Shown: piece after piece, positions 25,840 through 38,195 of the stretch | Position numbering within the stretch: the first letter of the stretch is position 1 | Layout of the letters: every line of letters begins with the position of its first letter | Assembly: GCA_038087875.1 (NCBI GenBank) | Contig: CM075989.1 | Location: 2,542,001 to 2,606,000 of the forward strand | Length of the DNA stretch: 64,000 bases | Direction of reading: 5' to 3' | Source: Malacoraja senta | Taxonomy: Eukaryota | Position numbers and translations under genes: made by a program | The notes under the pieces: generated by a model | Seen by the model: only the letters and a program-made list of their open reading frames with translations | What the model was told of the DNA's origin: nothing | Databases searched by the model: none

Positions 25840-26879
25840 TAGGTATGTTACAATACTTGCCTTCAGCGGCGCTGTAATTCTGTCACTGGCCGTGTGCGCG
25901 ATTTTGGCGCCTTTAAGGGGGGGGCGGGGTTAAAACGCGGTTTCTCCTACCTTGTCCTGAATTATATTTTGTTGGAGTACAAGCGTTTGCGGTAGAATCG
26001 TTCCGAGGGGCGTTTTGAGTATTTTGTTTAAAAAATCTCCCGACAAGTTCAGCGTTGGAATCATTTTAAAATCATCTTCTGAACCCGTCAACGCCAACAA
26101 CGGGGACGGATTTCACACACGGGAAAGGTAAACGAAAGTGCTTTATTTTTATGTATAATCGTTCTCCTTAAGAGGCCTTTAATTCACATTTTTACATGCG
26201 ACACGGTGATTTTTTCCCCCGAACTAACGGCGATAATTTTCATGCCGATACGGGGTTAAATTCACCGCAAATGAACGTTCCAAATGATCGCGTTCCAGAA
26301 ATCCCCATTCGCAAGATGATATAAATTCCCATTAATTTACAGATATTAAACATTCAATTTCTTCCATTTGGCCTGTAAATCCATGACAATGAGATAAAAA
26401 AATTATGTTATATTGTGAATTCTTGTGTGAATGTTATTTGGATACTTGGGTTATTTAAAAATGTTAATCTATTCTTAAGAAATTGATAGATGTTTAGATC
26501 TAGTAATTGAATTTTGTAATTAGCTACAATTAGGTAACTAACTAATTATATGCTTTAATTTCATGTCATCTAAGTAAGATTGTTTCATATTTGTTTCAGA
26601 ATGCTTCAATCTATAATAACTGAAAATTTCTTTCAGTTCTCTTAATTTTTAAGAAAGTTATGGGCTTTTGACTGTCCTCGATCACAGCTTTTGTGTTGTC
26701 AATGGAAAAGCAATAGGGAACAAGATGCTAATTGCCGAGTATGAAAATGGCCATAACTTTTTTAATACTGAAGATATGAAAGTGAATTAGGTGTCAAATT
26801 AAACTTCTTTTTATGCTTTATCTGATGGGATAAATTACAGACTTGATTTTTAAAATCTCAAAATTTTGTAACATTGCTA
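25840..26879. mobile_element. Non-autonomous TIR DNA transposon, TAG...CTA termini, 7-bp TSD
   Basis: TAGGTATGTTACAA vs TTGTAACATTGCTA (12/14 match); CTATCAC at 25833-39 and 26880-86. Confidence 0.8.
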
Positions 26880-27149
26880 CTATCACCAAGGTCTTGGTAT
26901 AGGGATGAGCTTATTCGATATATGGTATTGAAAGCTGTAGTCAATGTAAAGTATTGTGATGTAGGTATTCTTACTGTCAAGGTATTGCAAGCGAGATAGC
27001 AACTTTCAGAGACCAACTATTCTTGTATGTAAGTTGAATGGGGCTAAATAATCTGAAGAAGGGTCTCGACCCGAAACATCACCTATTCCTATTCTCCAGA
27101 GAAGCTGCCTGACCCGCTGAGTTACTCCAGCATTAAACCAGCATCTGTA

Positions 27150-27610
27150 GCTCCTTCCTACACAACATTGTCTTGTCAGACTGACACAAATCTGGGCCAT
27201 TTTTAAAGCACTTCCTTGCGGTCAATGTTAGGGATACTGGACGCTAGTCATTGATGCAGGTCACCTTATTTTTCCTGGGGACTGGAATGATGGAGGTCTC
27301 CTTGAAGATGAGGATGGAAGTCAGTTTAAGTGACGTGATGAAGATGTTGATGGGGAATGTGACTAATAGTTCGGCGCAGCATTTTACTGCCCATCCGGGA
27401 TCTCCATCCAGTCCAGCCACCTTCTGAGAAGTTACCTGCATGAAAATAGACCTGACTTCTGCCACAGAGATATACGGACAGAGCCAGGGGGATGGGAGAA
27501 CGAGCCTGTTCAGGGCGGGCACATCCAGTAGGGTTGCATTGTTGGCAGAGATCTCCCCCCCATTTTGGCTTGCAGTCCATATTGCTATTCAGGCTCTGCC
27601 ACAGTCACCT
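27150..27610 (-). mobile_element. Rex1/Babar LINE RT fragment
   Basis: KVAGLDGDPGWAVKCCAELL, FKETSIIPVPRKNKVTCIND*RPVSLT. Confidence 0.85.
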
Positions 27611-28075
27611 GCACCTGCATTCCTGATTTCCTTATGGTCATACTTCATGGAAACAGGCCCTTTGGCCCAACTTGCCCATGCTGACCAACTTGCCCAATCT
27701 ATGTTAGTCCCACCTGCCAGCGTTTGGCTCAATCTCGCAAGACACAATCTTAGGTAACTAACTTGGGTACCACAATTTTCGGTAACTAATCTATAACCAT
27801 TCTCCCCCCACCCCCCCTTTATATCGTCCACTCTTCCCTGTGCTACACCTGGATTCACACCCAATACTCCTCTTCCCCCTCCCTCTTCCCCTTTCAATTG
27901 TATTCCTTTCTCTGGCTTCATATTTCTTCTATCCCTATCTCCTAATCTCACACTTTTTGTATTTTCATCTCTGGCTTTTGTCCAACCAACTGCCAATAAA
28001 TCCCCCCGCTTTGTCCTCCTTCCAGTTTCCCTCCAGTCCCCTCCCCCACATTACAATTAGTTTGAAGAAGGGTCC

Positions 28076-29436
28076 TGTAAACGGCTCAACAGATACAGGT
28101 CTGAAGTTTAAATCATCTTTAATCATATAGTGTAGCAGAGCGGTACAGTGGGTTGTTAGTTCATTGCTACCGCTAACATAACTATGTAATGTAGGAAATG
28201 GATGTTAATATAAAGTGTACAGTAAGGTGGAGTTAATGATGCTACACTACTCTGATTGGTTCACATGCAATAACAAATCTACATCCTTCCCCGTAAAGAG
28301 AAAAGGTTGTTAAACAAATGTTAAACACATACAGTTAAACGTACTCGCCATACCTGTCAGGTGGTCTACTAATTCGACCCGAGCACGTACGGACAAACCC
28401 CTCCCCCTCCATGCCAGAAAAGTTAGTGGGAGTGGGAGGCAGGGAACCCGAAAAGGAGAATGCAGTCCTATTGAACGTTTTATTTGCGATTTAAAATACA
28501 TGGCTCAGCGATGTCGTTTTGGGGAAATTTCGAATGAGCTGATACGGGACAAACTTGTTAGTGGTATGTCTGTTCAGAAGCTCAAGACAGAGCTACTTCG
28601 TAATGCCGATCTAACTCTCGAACAAGCTGTGCATGCCTGCCGCACGTCGGAGGTGGTGGCCCCACTAAGCGACCAGTTTGACACACAGAAAAAGAGTATA
28701 AACCAGACAGGCTTCACTAAACAAGCCACGTCGACAGCAAACAGAAGATTTATGAATGAACCGCCGCAAAGGTGTCCTAACTGTAACTACTTCCACAACA
28801 AAGGTCGGCTATTCTGTCCAGCGAACGGCAAGCCATGCAACTACTGCAAGAAGATGAACCATTTAGCCATTTGCTGCAGGTCCCGTGGGAACCACAATTC
28901 CAGTTCGGCGTCTAATCTGCACCTGCTGCAACAAGACCAAACATTTTCCGACTCCCAAGAACAGCTCGAAGATGCCCACGAGGATGATCCAATTAGCTCA
29001 TATGAAGAGTCTACTGTTCACACCCTCCTCCACACTGCTGGTAAGCTTTTGGATCCCTCTGTGTCATGCTAATTAATAACAAGCCTGTGAAGGCCAAATT
29101 GGATACCGGGGCGTGAGTGAATGTAATGTCCCTGAACATCTATAACAAGATAAGAAATAATGAGACCTTGACTAGAGACGGCTCCATCTTGCATGCCTAT
29201 GGGGGGGGGAGGTGCTCCATCCCACTTCTGACACCATGTAAATGACTTAACAGACACAGTTCTGAAGTTTAAATCATCTTTAATCATATAGTATAGCAGA
29301 GTGGGTTGTTAGTTCATTGCTACCACTAACATAACTACGTAATGTAGGGAAATGGGTGTTAATATAAAGTGTACTGTAAGGTGGAGTTAATAATGCTACA
29401 CTACTCTGATTGATTCACATGCAATAACCATCTACA
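28076..29436 (-). mobile_element. Internally deleted and inverted Gypsy LTR retrotransposon (LTRs 28076-28283 and 29237-29436; TSD GGTCC)
   Basis: Direct ~200-bp TG...CA LTRs; GGTCC at 28071-75 and 29437-41; minus-strand PBS TGGTGTCAGAAGTGGGAT (29219-36); minus-strand PPT GGGGAAGGA (28284-92). Confidence 0.93.
28450..29200 (+). pseudogene. Gypsy gag C-terminus (CCHC zinc knuckles) and start of protease
   Basis: ERFICDLKYMAQRCRFG, IRDKLVSG, DLTLEQAV, CPANGKPCNYCKKMNHLAICC; then frameshifted AKLDTGA*VNVM. Confidence 0.9.
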
Positions 29437-30386
29437 GGTCCCAACCTGAAACATCTCCTATCCATGTTCTTCAGAGATGCTGCCTTAGACGTTGGCAGAG
29501 ACACTGAATTACTCCAGCACTTTGTGCCTTTATTTGTAACCAGCACCCGCAGTCCCTTGAACCGTGTCTTTCTTTCTATTTAGAGTTACTCCAGCACTTT
29601 GTCTCTTTTCATGTCATTGTCAGTAGAACTTCCAAAAGCTCCAATATTAGGATATGGAACAGAATGTTAAACCAAGGCTCAATTTACCCTCTCAAGTAAA
29701 TGTGGGACCAGAGATTTGAAGATTATTCTGGCAGGGAGGGAGATTGTTTTAGGGTTTTAATAGAAAGACATGCATTTGTAATAACACTAGAGGAGTGAGT
29801 GATATATAGTTAATGCACGCCTTTCTATTTTGGCTGAATGATCGTCATCACGCATCCAGATATTTACCCTTTCTGGATAATGAGGCAGTATAGCTTCCAC
29901 GGGAGCTGGGCTGTGGGCCAACAAATTGAAATGATCTGACTGGACCACGAAAGAAAATGACGTCTAGAATCTTTCAAAATGACGAGATTGATGCCAGTCT
30001 TAGAAAACAACTTCCCACTCATCCGCATACCGATCAAATTCATCATGTACTTGGCATCTCCTCCAGGAAGGCCACTTGGAATCTGTCCAGCCAAGGTTTT
30101 TTATTAATTGCTGTCAAATGACCAGGAGGATCAGATAATTCACAATCTGTGGTTAAATGGGGCAATAAAACTCGTGTCAGTAGGAACGGATTTCTGGGAC
30201 TGGTTTGCATGCTTAATAACAAAAAAATCCAATTATCACATCCAGAGTGAGACAATATGGTCAAATATTCCTCTCTTACTTCTGTTTCTTTCCTCCGTAT
30301 GCCCTAGAGGAATATGGGCCAAACGCTGGTCAATGGAACCAGTTTAGATGAAGCATTATGGTCTGTATGGATGACTTGGGCCGAAG

Positions 30387-30594
30387 CGCGTGCGGACGGA
30401 GTGTCGAAGGACGGGAAGCCAAAGCGAGGAAGTGGAAGCCAAGATACCTACCGGAAACGACGCCGAAAAGCCAAATAACTGAACGGACACGGCGTTTGTT
30501 TGGTCATTTGGATTTCGGCATCGTTTCCGTTCGGTAACTTGGCTTCCACTTCTTCACTTCGGCTTGTCGTCCTTTGATGTCCCATCCGGGTACC
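30387..30594. mobile_element. ~208-bp foldback (fully palindromic) element inserted in a CR1 3' tail
   Basis: Arms ~100 bp, e.g. GAAGTGGAAGCCAAG vs CTTGGCTTCCACTTC; flanks GGGCCGAAG (30378-86) and GGGCTAAAG (30595-603). Confidence 0.75.
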
Positions 30595-31244
30595 GGGCTA
30601 AAGTGCTTGTTTCTGCGCTGTTTGAATCTATGACTGGTTGAAGTCATGAATTCATAGGGAATTCTTGAACTATCATCATCAATTGGAATAGCTAGGAGCA
30701 TGTCACTTTAAATAAGGTCATCCTCCCCTTGACAATAAAGATTTCGGGAGCAGTGTTCCAAGATACCCCTGTGGAAGTTGCTAAACCTTGCTGAGAATGT
30801 CGGAAGCCTCCAATCTTATCTGCAGTGACGTTTTCCTTCTCTTTTGCTCCATGTCTCTGAAGACACTGCACACCAATCACTGATTTAATTTGTTTCTCAC
30901 CAAACAATTTCCATTAAAATTAGTATCTTAATAGCACAAATTAGGAGCTACTACCCTTGTAGGTATTTCGCACCAACAATCAAATAGAAATGAGAGAATG
31001 CAGATGTTGGAATCTTAAGCAAAAAACAAACAGCTAGAGGAACTCAACAGGTCAGGCGGCATCTTGGAGAGATTGGACAGATGGCGTTTTGAGTCAGGAC
31101 CCTTCTTCGGGTCAAATCGGTATATTGTACTGAAGGAGTTAATGCTTCCACTTGTTTTGTATGAACTGGTTCAATTTCAAAATGTACCATGGATAGCATG
31201 CCAAAGCTTTTCCAAACCCTCAATTGAATGTTCTGATGAAAATC

Positions 31245-31700
31245 TTAGTCATAGAGTGGAAACAGTCTCTTCTGCCCAACTTGCCCATACGGACCAACAT
31301 GTCCCAGCTACACTAGTGCCTGCATTTGGCCCATATCCCTCTAAGCCTGCCCTATTCATGTACCCATCTAATTGTTTCTTAAATGTTGGGATAGTCCCTG
31401 CCTCAACTACCTCCTCTGGCAGCTTGTTCCATACACCCACCACCCCTTGTGTGAAAAAGTCACCCCTCAGATTTATATTAAATCATCTCACCTTCACCTT
31501 AAACCTATATCCTCTGGTTCTGGATTCCCCTACTATGGGCAAGAGACTCTGTGCATCAATCCGATCTATTCCTCCGATCTATACACCACAGTAAATTCAC
31601 CCCTCATCCTCCTGAGCTCAAAGGAATAGTCCCAGCCTGTCCCTATAGCCCAGCCCTTCGAATCCTAGCAACCTTGTAAACCTTGTAAACATTCTTGTAA
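31245..31700 (-). mobile_element. CR1 LINE 3' fragment
   Basis: VVGVWNKLPEEVVEAGTIPTFKKQLD. Confidence 0.9.
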
Positions 31701-32104
31701 AGCTTTGATCTGAAATGTTATCTGTTATATTTTCCCCAGATGATGCCTGACCTGCTTCGCGTTTCCAGCATTTTTAATATTTAATTCAGATTTGCAGTAT
31801 TTTTTTAAATGTTCTTTTTGCAGTCTGCTTGTCAGGAAACTCGAACGGTCCAAAACAACACATGAGGACTATCATCAACAAAGAGGGTTGAGTTGTTTGG
31901 ATGGTGCTGCAGCAATAGCCACAGTCCAAACTCTAAAGGGTCACAATGACCTTGGATGGATCTGCTAAAGCAACAATTTCTGCAGTGCCGCTCGCCTCAT
32001 TACAGGAAGGATGAAGAGGCTTTGGAGAGAATTCAGAGGAGGTTTACCAGAATGCTGCCTGGATCAGAGGATATGAGATACAAAGAGATGTTGGACAAAC
32101 CTAA

Positions 32105-33101
32105 TGTTTAAGAAAGAACTGCAGATGCTGGAAAATCGAAGGTAGGCAAAAATGCTGGAGAAACTCAGCGGGTGAGGCAGCATCTATGGAGCGAAGGAAA
32201 TAGGCAACGTTTCGGGTCGAGACCTTCAGACTGATGTGAGGGTGGGAAGAAGAAAGGAAGAGGCGGAGACAGTGGGCTGAGGGAGAGCTGGGTAGGGGTG
32301 GAGAAAGCAGGGACTACCTGAAATTGGAGGTCATTGTTCATACCGCTGGGGTGTAAACTGCCCAAGCGAAATATGAGGTGCTGCTCCTCCAACTTATGGT
32401 GTGCTTCATAATGGCCATGGAGGAGGCCCAGGACAGAAAGGTCGGATTCGGAATGGGAGTGGGAGTTGAAGTGCTGGGCCACCGGGAGATCAGGTTGGTT
32501 AATGCGAACCGAGCGGAGGTGTTGGGCGAAGCGATCGCCAAGCCTACGCTTGGTCTCACCGATGTAGAGCAGCTGACACCTAGAGGAGCGGATGCAATAG
32601 ATGAGGTTGGAGGAGGTGCAGGTGAACCTCTGCCGCACCTGGAAAGACTGCTTGGGTCCTTGGATGGAGTCAAGGGGGGAGGTAAAGCGACAAGTGTAGC
32701 ATTTCCTGCGGTTGCAAGGGAAAGTGCCAGGGGAGGGGGTGGTTTGGGTGGGAAGGGGCGAATTGACCAGGGAGTTACGAAGGGAGCGGTCTCTGCCGAA
32801 AGCAGACAGGGGAGGAGGTGGGAGGATGTGGCCAGTGGTGGGATCCCGTTGGAGGTGGTGAAAATGTCGGAGGATTATTTGTTGCTGGTAGTGTGGAAAG
32901 TGAGGACAAGGGGGACTCTGTCCTTGTTACGAGTGGGGGGATGGGGAGTGAGAGCAGAGTCACAGGGTATAGAAGAGACCCTGGTGAGAGCCTCATCTAT
33001 AGTAGAAGAGGGGAACCCCCGTTCCCTGAAGAATAAGGACATCTCCGATGCCCTGGTTTGGAAAACCTCATCCTGGGTGCAGATGCGGCGTAGACGGAGG
33101 A
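32105..33101 (-). mobile_element. Penelope-like element (RT thumb, linker, GIY-YIG, pLTR), 5'-truncated
   Basis: FLRLRRICTQDEVF; ORF 32165-32638 NLIYCIR...LLYIGETKRRLGDRFAQHL...KLEEQHLIFRLGSLHPSGMN. Confidence 0.93.
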
Positions 33102-35378
33102 ACAAAGTTTAAAGGAGATGTGCGGGGAAGCATTTTTTACACAGAGGGAGGTGGGTGCCTGGAACACACTGCCAGGGGTGGTGGTGGAAGCAGATACGAT
33201 AGTGGCATTTAAGAGGTTTTTGGATAAGCACGTTGTTATGCAGGGAATGGAGGAGTATGGGTCAAATGCAGGCAAGGAGATTGGTTTAACTTAGCATCAT
33301 GTTGACACAGGCAATGTGGGCAGAAGGACACGTTCTACTGCTGCGTTGTTCTATGTCATGATCTAACTAGCTACATTCAGTTGAATATGTGGGAACACCA
33401 GTGAGAGCTAACAGTTTGGCAAGTAGCCATTGTTATTTGTGTCATTAAATTTACAAACCATTCGCAGAAATAAAAGCTACTTGCAAATAGTTTGCCAAAG
33501 AATGCATAGCTTCATTACAGTGTAATAATTGCAAATGTTATTAGACAACACCATCAGTTATCAAATTGTCTTTTCCATAAAAATAGCGTTTGCCATTTAA
33601 AGGTCTTTTATTTATGTTGATTTTTAATGCTTCGCACATTTTGCAGAAATATCTTAAGCCACAGTGTGTGGAGGAAATTAAATGAGCTGTGCAGGAAGAA
33701 AAGTCTGAAGAAGGGTCTCGACCAGAAACGTCACCCATTCCTTCTCTCCAGAGATGCTGCCTGTCCCGCTGAGTTACTCCAGCATTTTGTGTCTATCTTC
33801 GGTTTAAACCAGCATCTGCAGTTCCTTTCACTGAGTGCCCTTGAAGCACAATTGGCACCAATCCCACTCGGCTGTGTCTAGGTTCCCGTCAACACCTCCC
33901 AGCTTCTATCACTCAGCTACACACTAGGGACACACAAGGGCGGGCACGGTGGCACAGCGGTGGAGTTGCTGCCTTACAGCGTTTACAGTGCCAGAGACGG
34001 GGCTTCGATCCTGAACATGGTTGCATGGAGTTTACACGTCCTCCCCGTGACCGCGTTGGTTTTCTCCGAGATCTTTGGTTTCCTCCCACACTCCAAAGAC
34101 TTACTGGTTTGTAGTTTAATTGGTTTTGTATCAATGTAAATTGTCCCTAGCGTGTGTAGGATAGTGTTAATGCGCGGGGATCGCTGGTCGGTGCCGACTC
34201 GGTGGGCCGAAGGGCCTGTTTCTGTGCTGTATGTCTAAACTAAACTAAACTAAACTTACTCCGGATATTTACCGAGTGGCAGGTCTTTGGGAGTGGTGGG
34301 AGTATTCCCAGAGGAAACACACACACTGCACAGGGGGAAGCTACACCCTCCACAGTCAGGATTGTACCCAGGATACTGGAGGTGTGAAGCAGCAGCTCGA
34401 CTAGCTGCCCACACAGAGTGACTCATTGTCTCACTCCATCTAAAGAACTGAGTCATGAGTGCATGGGCAATAAGTGGTGTCTCTATGTGTGGCCACATGC
34501 TGCCTGACCCATTGCGTTACTCCAGCTTTTGGTGTCTACCCTGAAAATAAATGCAATCATAACACCCACAGGAGTCACTAGAACAGGCAGAAAATTCCTC
34601 AATATAGAGCCGAAGAGACAATCAAATGTCAGCACGTCCTCAGTATTTCTTCGTAGCTTAGGTTTAGTTTAGTTTAGTTTGGAGGTCCAGCGTGGAAACA
34701 GGCCCTTCGGCCCACTGTGTCCACACCGGCCAGCGATCCCCGCACATTCACTATCCTACACACACCAGAGGCCATTTAAAAAAAAAAAAATTACATTTAT
34801 ACCAAGCCAATTGCATCAATACAGTAAAATAAATATGGCTTAGGTATTAAGAGGAATAATATCCAATAATCTGGAAAAATCTACCTGTCTAGAAGGTACT
34901 AGATTAGCAGATTAGCGGATTTCTAATAATATCAGTGGATATTATACAGAGAGTGGTGGGTGCCTGGAACATGCTTCCAGGGGTGATGGTGGAGGCAGAT
35001 ATGTTGGTGGGATTTAAGAGGCTTTTAGAAAGGCCCTTGGATATGCAGGAAAAGGAAGGTTACACTACTCAAAGGAAGGTCCAGGAACAGCTTCTTCCCT
35101 GCGGCGGTTACACTACTCAACACTGTACCTCGGTGACTGCCAATCACACCCCCCCCCCACCCCCGGACACTCCTCCCACCAGGATTTATTAGATTAGATT
35201 TATTTATTTACAGCTCATATTTATGTCGCTCTTCTAGGGAGATGCTAACTGCATTTCGTTGTCTCTGTACTGTACACTGCACAATGACAATAAAGTTGAA
35301 TCTGAATCTGAATCTGAATCTGAATCTGTTATGGATCATGTACAAGCAGAGGAGTTTTGTTTAACTTGGTTTCATGTT

Positions 35379-35563
35379 CGGGGGGGGTGGGGTGGGGTGG
35401 GGAGGGGGCTGGGGGGGTGGGGTGGGGCGTTGGGGGAGTGGGGTGGGGCCAGGGGGGTGGCGAGGGGGCTGGGGGTGGGGCGGGGGGTTTGGTGGGGTGG
35501 GGTGGGGAGGCATTCGGCGGTGGGGTGGGGCAGGGGGGTGCGGGGTGGGGTGGGGCGGGGGGA
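35379..35563 (+). repeat. G-rich low-complexity tract, G-quadruplex prone
   Basis: More than 20 runs of G4-G9 (GGGGTGGGGTGGGG...). Confidence 0.9.
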
Positions 35564-36979
35564 ATGTACCAGACTCTATAGAATTTTGTCGGAGAGTCAG
35601 AGACATATGTGGCATCAGAACACAATTACAGTTTCAAAACCGTTTCCGTGCGGAAGCACCAATTCTACACTGTTAATATGCAAATATAATCAGCTCAGAA
35701 CAAGTATGTCAGACAATTAACATTTTCATTTAACATGTATTTGACATAAGTTGACAAATTCTAGCTTGCTGGCATTGCTTTTCTTCATTAATTTTAATGA
35801 AATGCTTTATCTACTCGTACAATTCACCTGAAACAGACAAAGCTCACAAAGAAAATGTCTCCGTGGCACAGCTGGCAAAGATGCTGCCTCAAGCAACCAG
35901 AGGTCTGGGTTCGATCCTGACCTCAGGTGCTGTCTGTGTGGAGTTTGCACAATCTCCCCGTGACCCCGTGGGTTTCTACCAGGTGCTACGGTTTCTTCCC
36001 ACATCCCAAAGACGTGCGGGTTTGTAGGTCAATTGGCCTCTGGAAATGATCCCTAATGTATAGGGAGTAGATGAGAATGTGGGATAACATCACACTAGAG
36101 TGAACAGGCAATACATGGTCAGTGTGGCCTTGGTGAGCTGAACAAAATGTGTAGAAAAGAACTGCAGATGCTGGTTTAAACCGAAGATAGACACAAATAG
36201 CTGGAGCAACTCAGTGGGACAGGCAGTATCTCTGTAGAAAAGGAATGGGTGACGTTCCGGGCCGACCCGAAACATCACCCATTCCTTTTCTCTAGAGATG
36301 CTGCCTATCCCGCTGAGTTACTCCAGCTTTTTGTGTCTATCTTCGGTGAGCCAAACAGCCTCCTTCCATGCAGTATCTCCAAAGCTAAATTAATGCATTG
36401 TAACTGTTGAGAAACTTTATTTGTCAGACTGGAAAGTCAACTTTAGTTTAGTTTAGTTTAGTTTAGAGATACAGCGCGGAAACAGGCCCTTCGACCCACC
36501 AAGACCACGCCGACCAGACATCCCCCCATATTAACACTGTCCTACACATACTAGTGACAATTTACACTTGTACCAAGTATACAAACCCAAGCCTGTACGT
36601 CTTTGGAGTGTGGGAGGAAACCGAAGATCTTGGAGAAAACCCATGCAAGTAACGGGGAGAAGGTACAAACTCCGCACAGACAGCATCTGTGGTCGTGATC
36701 GAACCCCCGTCATCTGGCTCTGCAAGCACTGGCAGCGCCAGATAACGGCAGCTGTGCCACCGTGCCACCCTTTCTTTGTAACTTTCTTACATTGCAGGGA
36801 TTAATTACAATGGATCGCATTACTCAAGCTGCTCAACACTCATCCCAACCATTCCCACCAACACCAGCCTCCAGTAGAGACTGGGGAGATGTTCACCTCT
36901 TTGTGTCCCGGAACATTGTGTTTCTATTTCCACTGGAGTAACACAGGTCCGATACGTTGATGCTTCTGAGTGCAACCAA

Positions 36980-37965
36980 AATAAAGACTTGTGTTTGTAT
37001 AGTGCGTGTCACTAACTACAAAGTCCCAAAGCACTGTAAGGACAATTAAGAATTTTGATCACAGAGAACTGCAGATGTTGGAATCATGAACAAAACACAA
37101 GATTCCAGCTGCAGCAACTCAAGGGGTCAGCTAGCATCTGTGGGGGGGGGGGGGGAGTGGACAGGTAACCTCAGCTCAGGACACTTACATAGAAACATAG
37201 AAAATAGGTGCAGGAGGAGGCCATTCGGCCCTTCGAGCCAGCACCGCCATTCATTGTGATCATGGCTGATCGTCCCCAATCAATAACCCGTGCCTGCCTT
37301 CTCCCCATATCCCTTGATTCCACTAGCCCCTAGAGCTCTATCTAACTCTCTCTTAAATCCATCCAGTGATTTGGCCTCCACTGCCCTCTGTGGCAGGGAA
37401 TTCCACAAATTCACAACTCTCTGGGTGGAAAAGTTTTTTCTCACCTCAGTCTTAAATTAAGTCACCTCAGCCAGGCCCCTTTATTTTTAAGACTGTGGCC
37501 CCTGGTTCTGGACTCGCCCAACATTGGGATCATTTTTCCTGCATCCAGCTTGTCCAGTCCTTTTATAATTAGACTGGAGGTCGTGTAGAAGGGTCAGCTC
37601 AGTTCAGTTTAGTACAGTTTAGTTTATTGTCACGTGTACTGAGGTACAGTGAAAAGCCTTTGTTGCGTGCTAACCAGTCAGCGGAAAGACAATACATGAT
37701 TACAATCGAGCCAGTTACAGGACCCTTCTTTAGACTGGAGTTTCTGAGCAAGGGTCCCGACCAGGTTTTCTGAATTTTGCTGTGGTTAATTGAAGGAGTA
37801 ATAATGACCAGGGCATCCCTAAAAACTCTTTGTCAAAATGATACCACAAGAGATGGCTCTTTGTCTAAAGTCTCCACCAGAAGTTGATATCATCATCAAT
37901 GCTGCTGTCTCTCTGTACTGCACTGGAATGACAGCAGATATTTTTTCTGCTCAGATTTTTGGATT
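36980..37965 (-). mobile_element. Old DeuSINE (SacSINE1/AmnSINE-like) split by nested pLTR, CR1 (37188-37570) and a Rex-type tail
   Basis: 36980-37057 resembles the reverse complement of the GCTTTGGGAC...ATATAAATGCAAGTC tail; 37780-37960 resembles the reverse-complemented Deu domain (GTACTGCACTGGA). Confidence 0.6.
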
Positions 37966-38195
37966 TTTGGTCTTTTGTAGGTTGTGGTTGTCAGCAATGT
38001 GAGAAATGAAGGGGCATAGCTTAAAGATGAGAGGGACAACATTGAACGGAGATGTGCGGGGTGTGTGTTTGAGTGCAGCTATAAAGTTGTGAGAGACACA
38101 GATAGGGTAGACAGTCAGAATCAATTTCTCGGGGTGTAAATGCCAATGACTAGAGGCATGGTTACTGAGATGAAAGGGAACAAATTTAAAGGAGA

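Noticed and set aside
28500..29072. Domesticated gag or CCHC host gene
   Set aside because: N-terminally truncated, lies within LTRs with a TSD, and the downstream protease has a stop and frameshift.
29219..29236. tRNA gene
   Set aside because: Only the 18-nt 3' end including CCA, next to an LTR, so it is a primer-binding site. SINE heads are likewise tRNA-derived, not tRNA genes.
35259..35720. Gly/Trp-rich and Pro-rich ORFs
   Set aside because: Products of the G-rich low-complexity tract.
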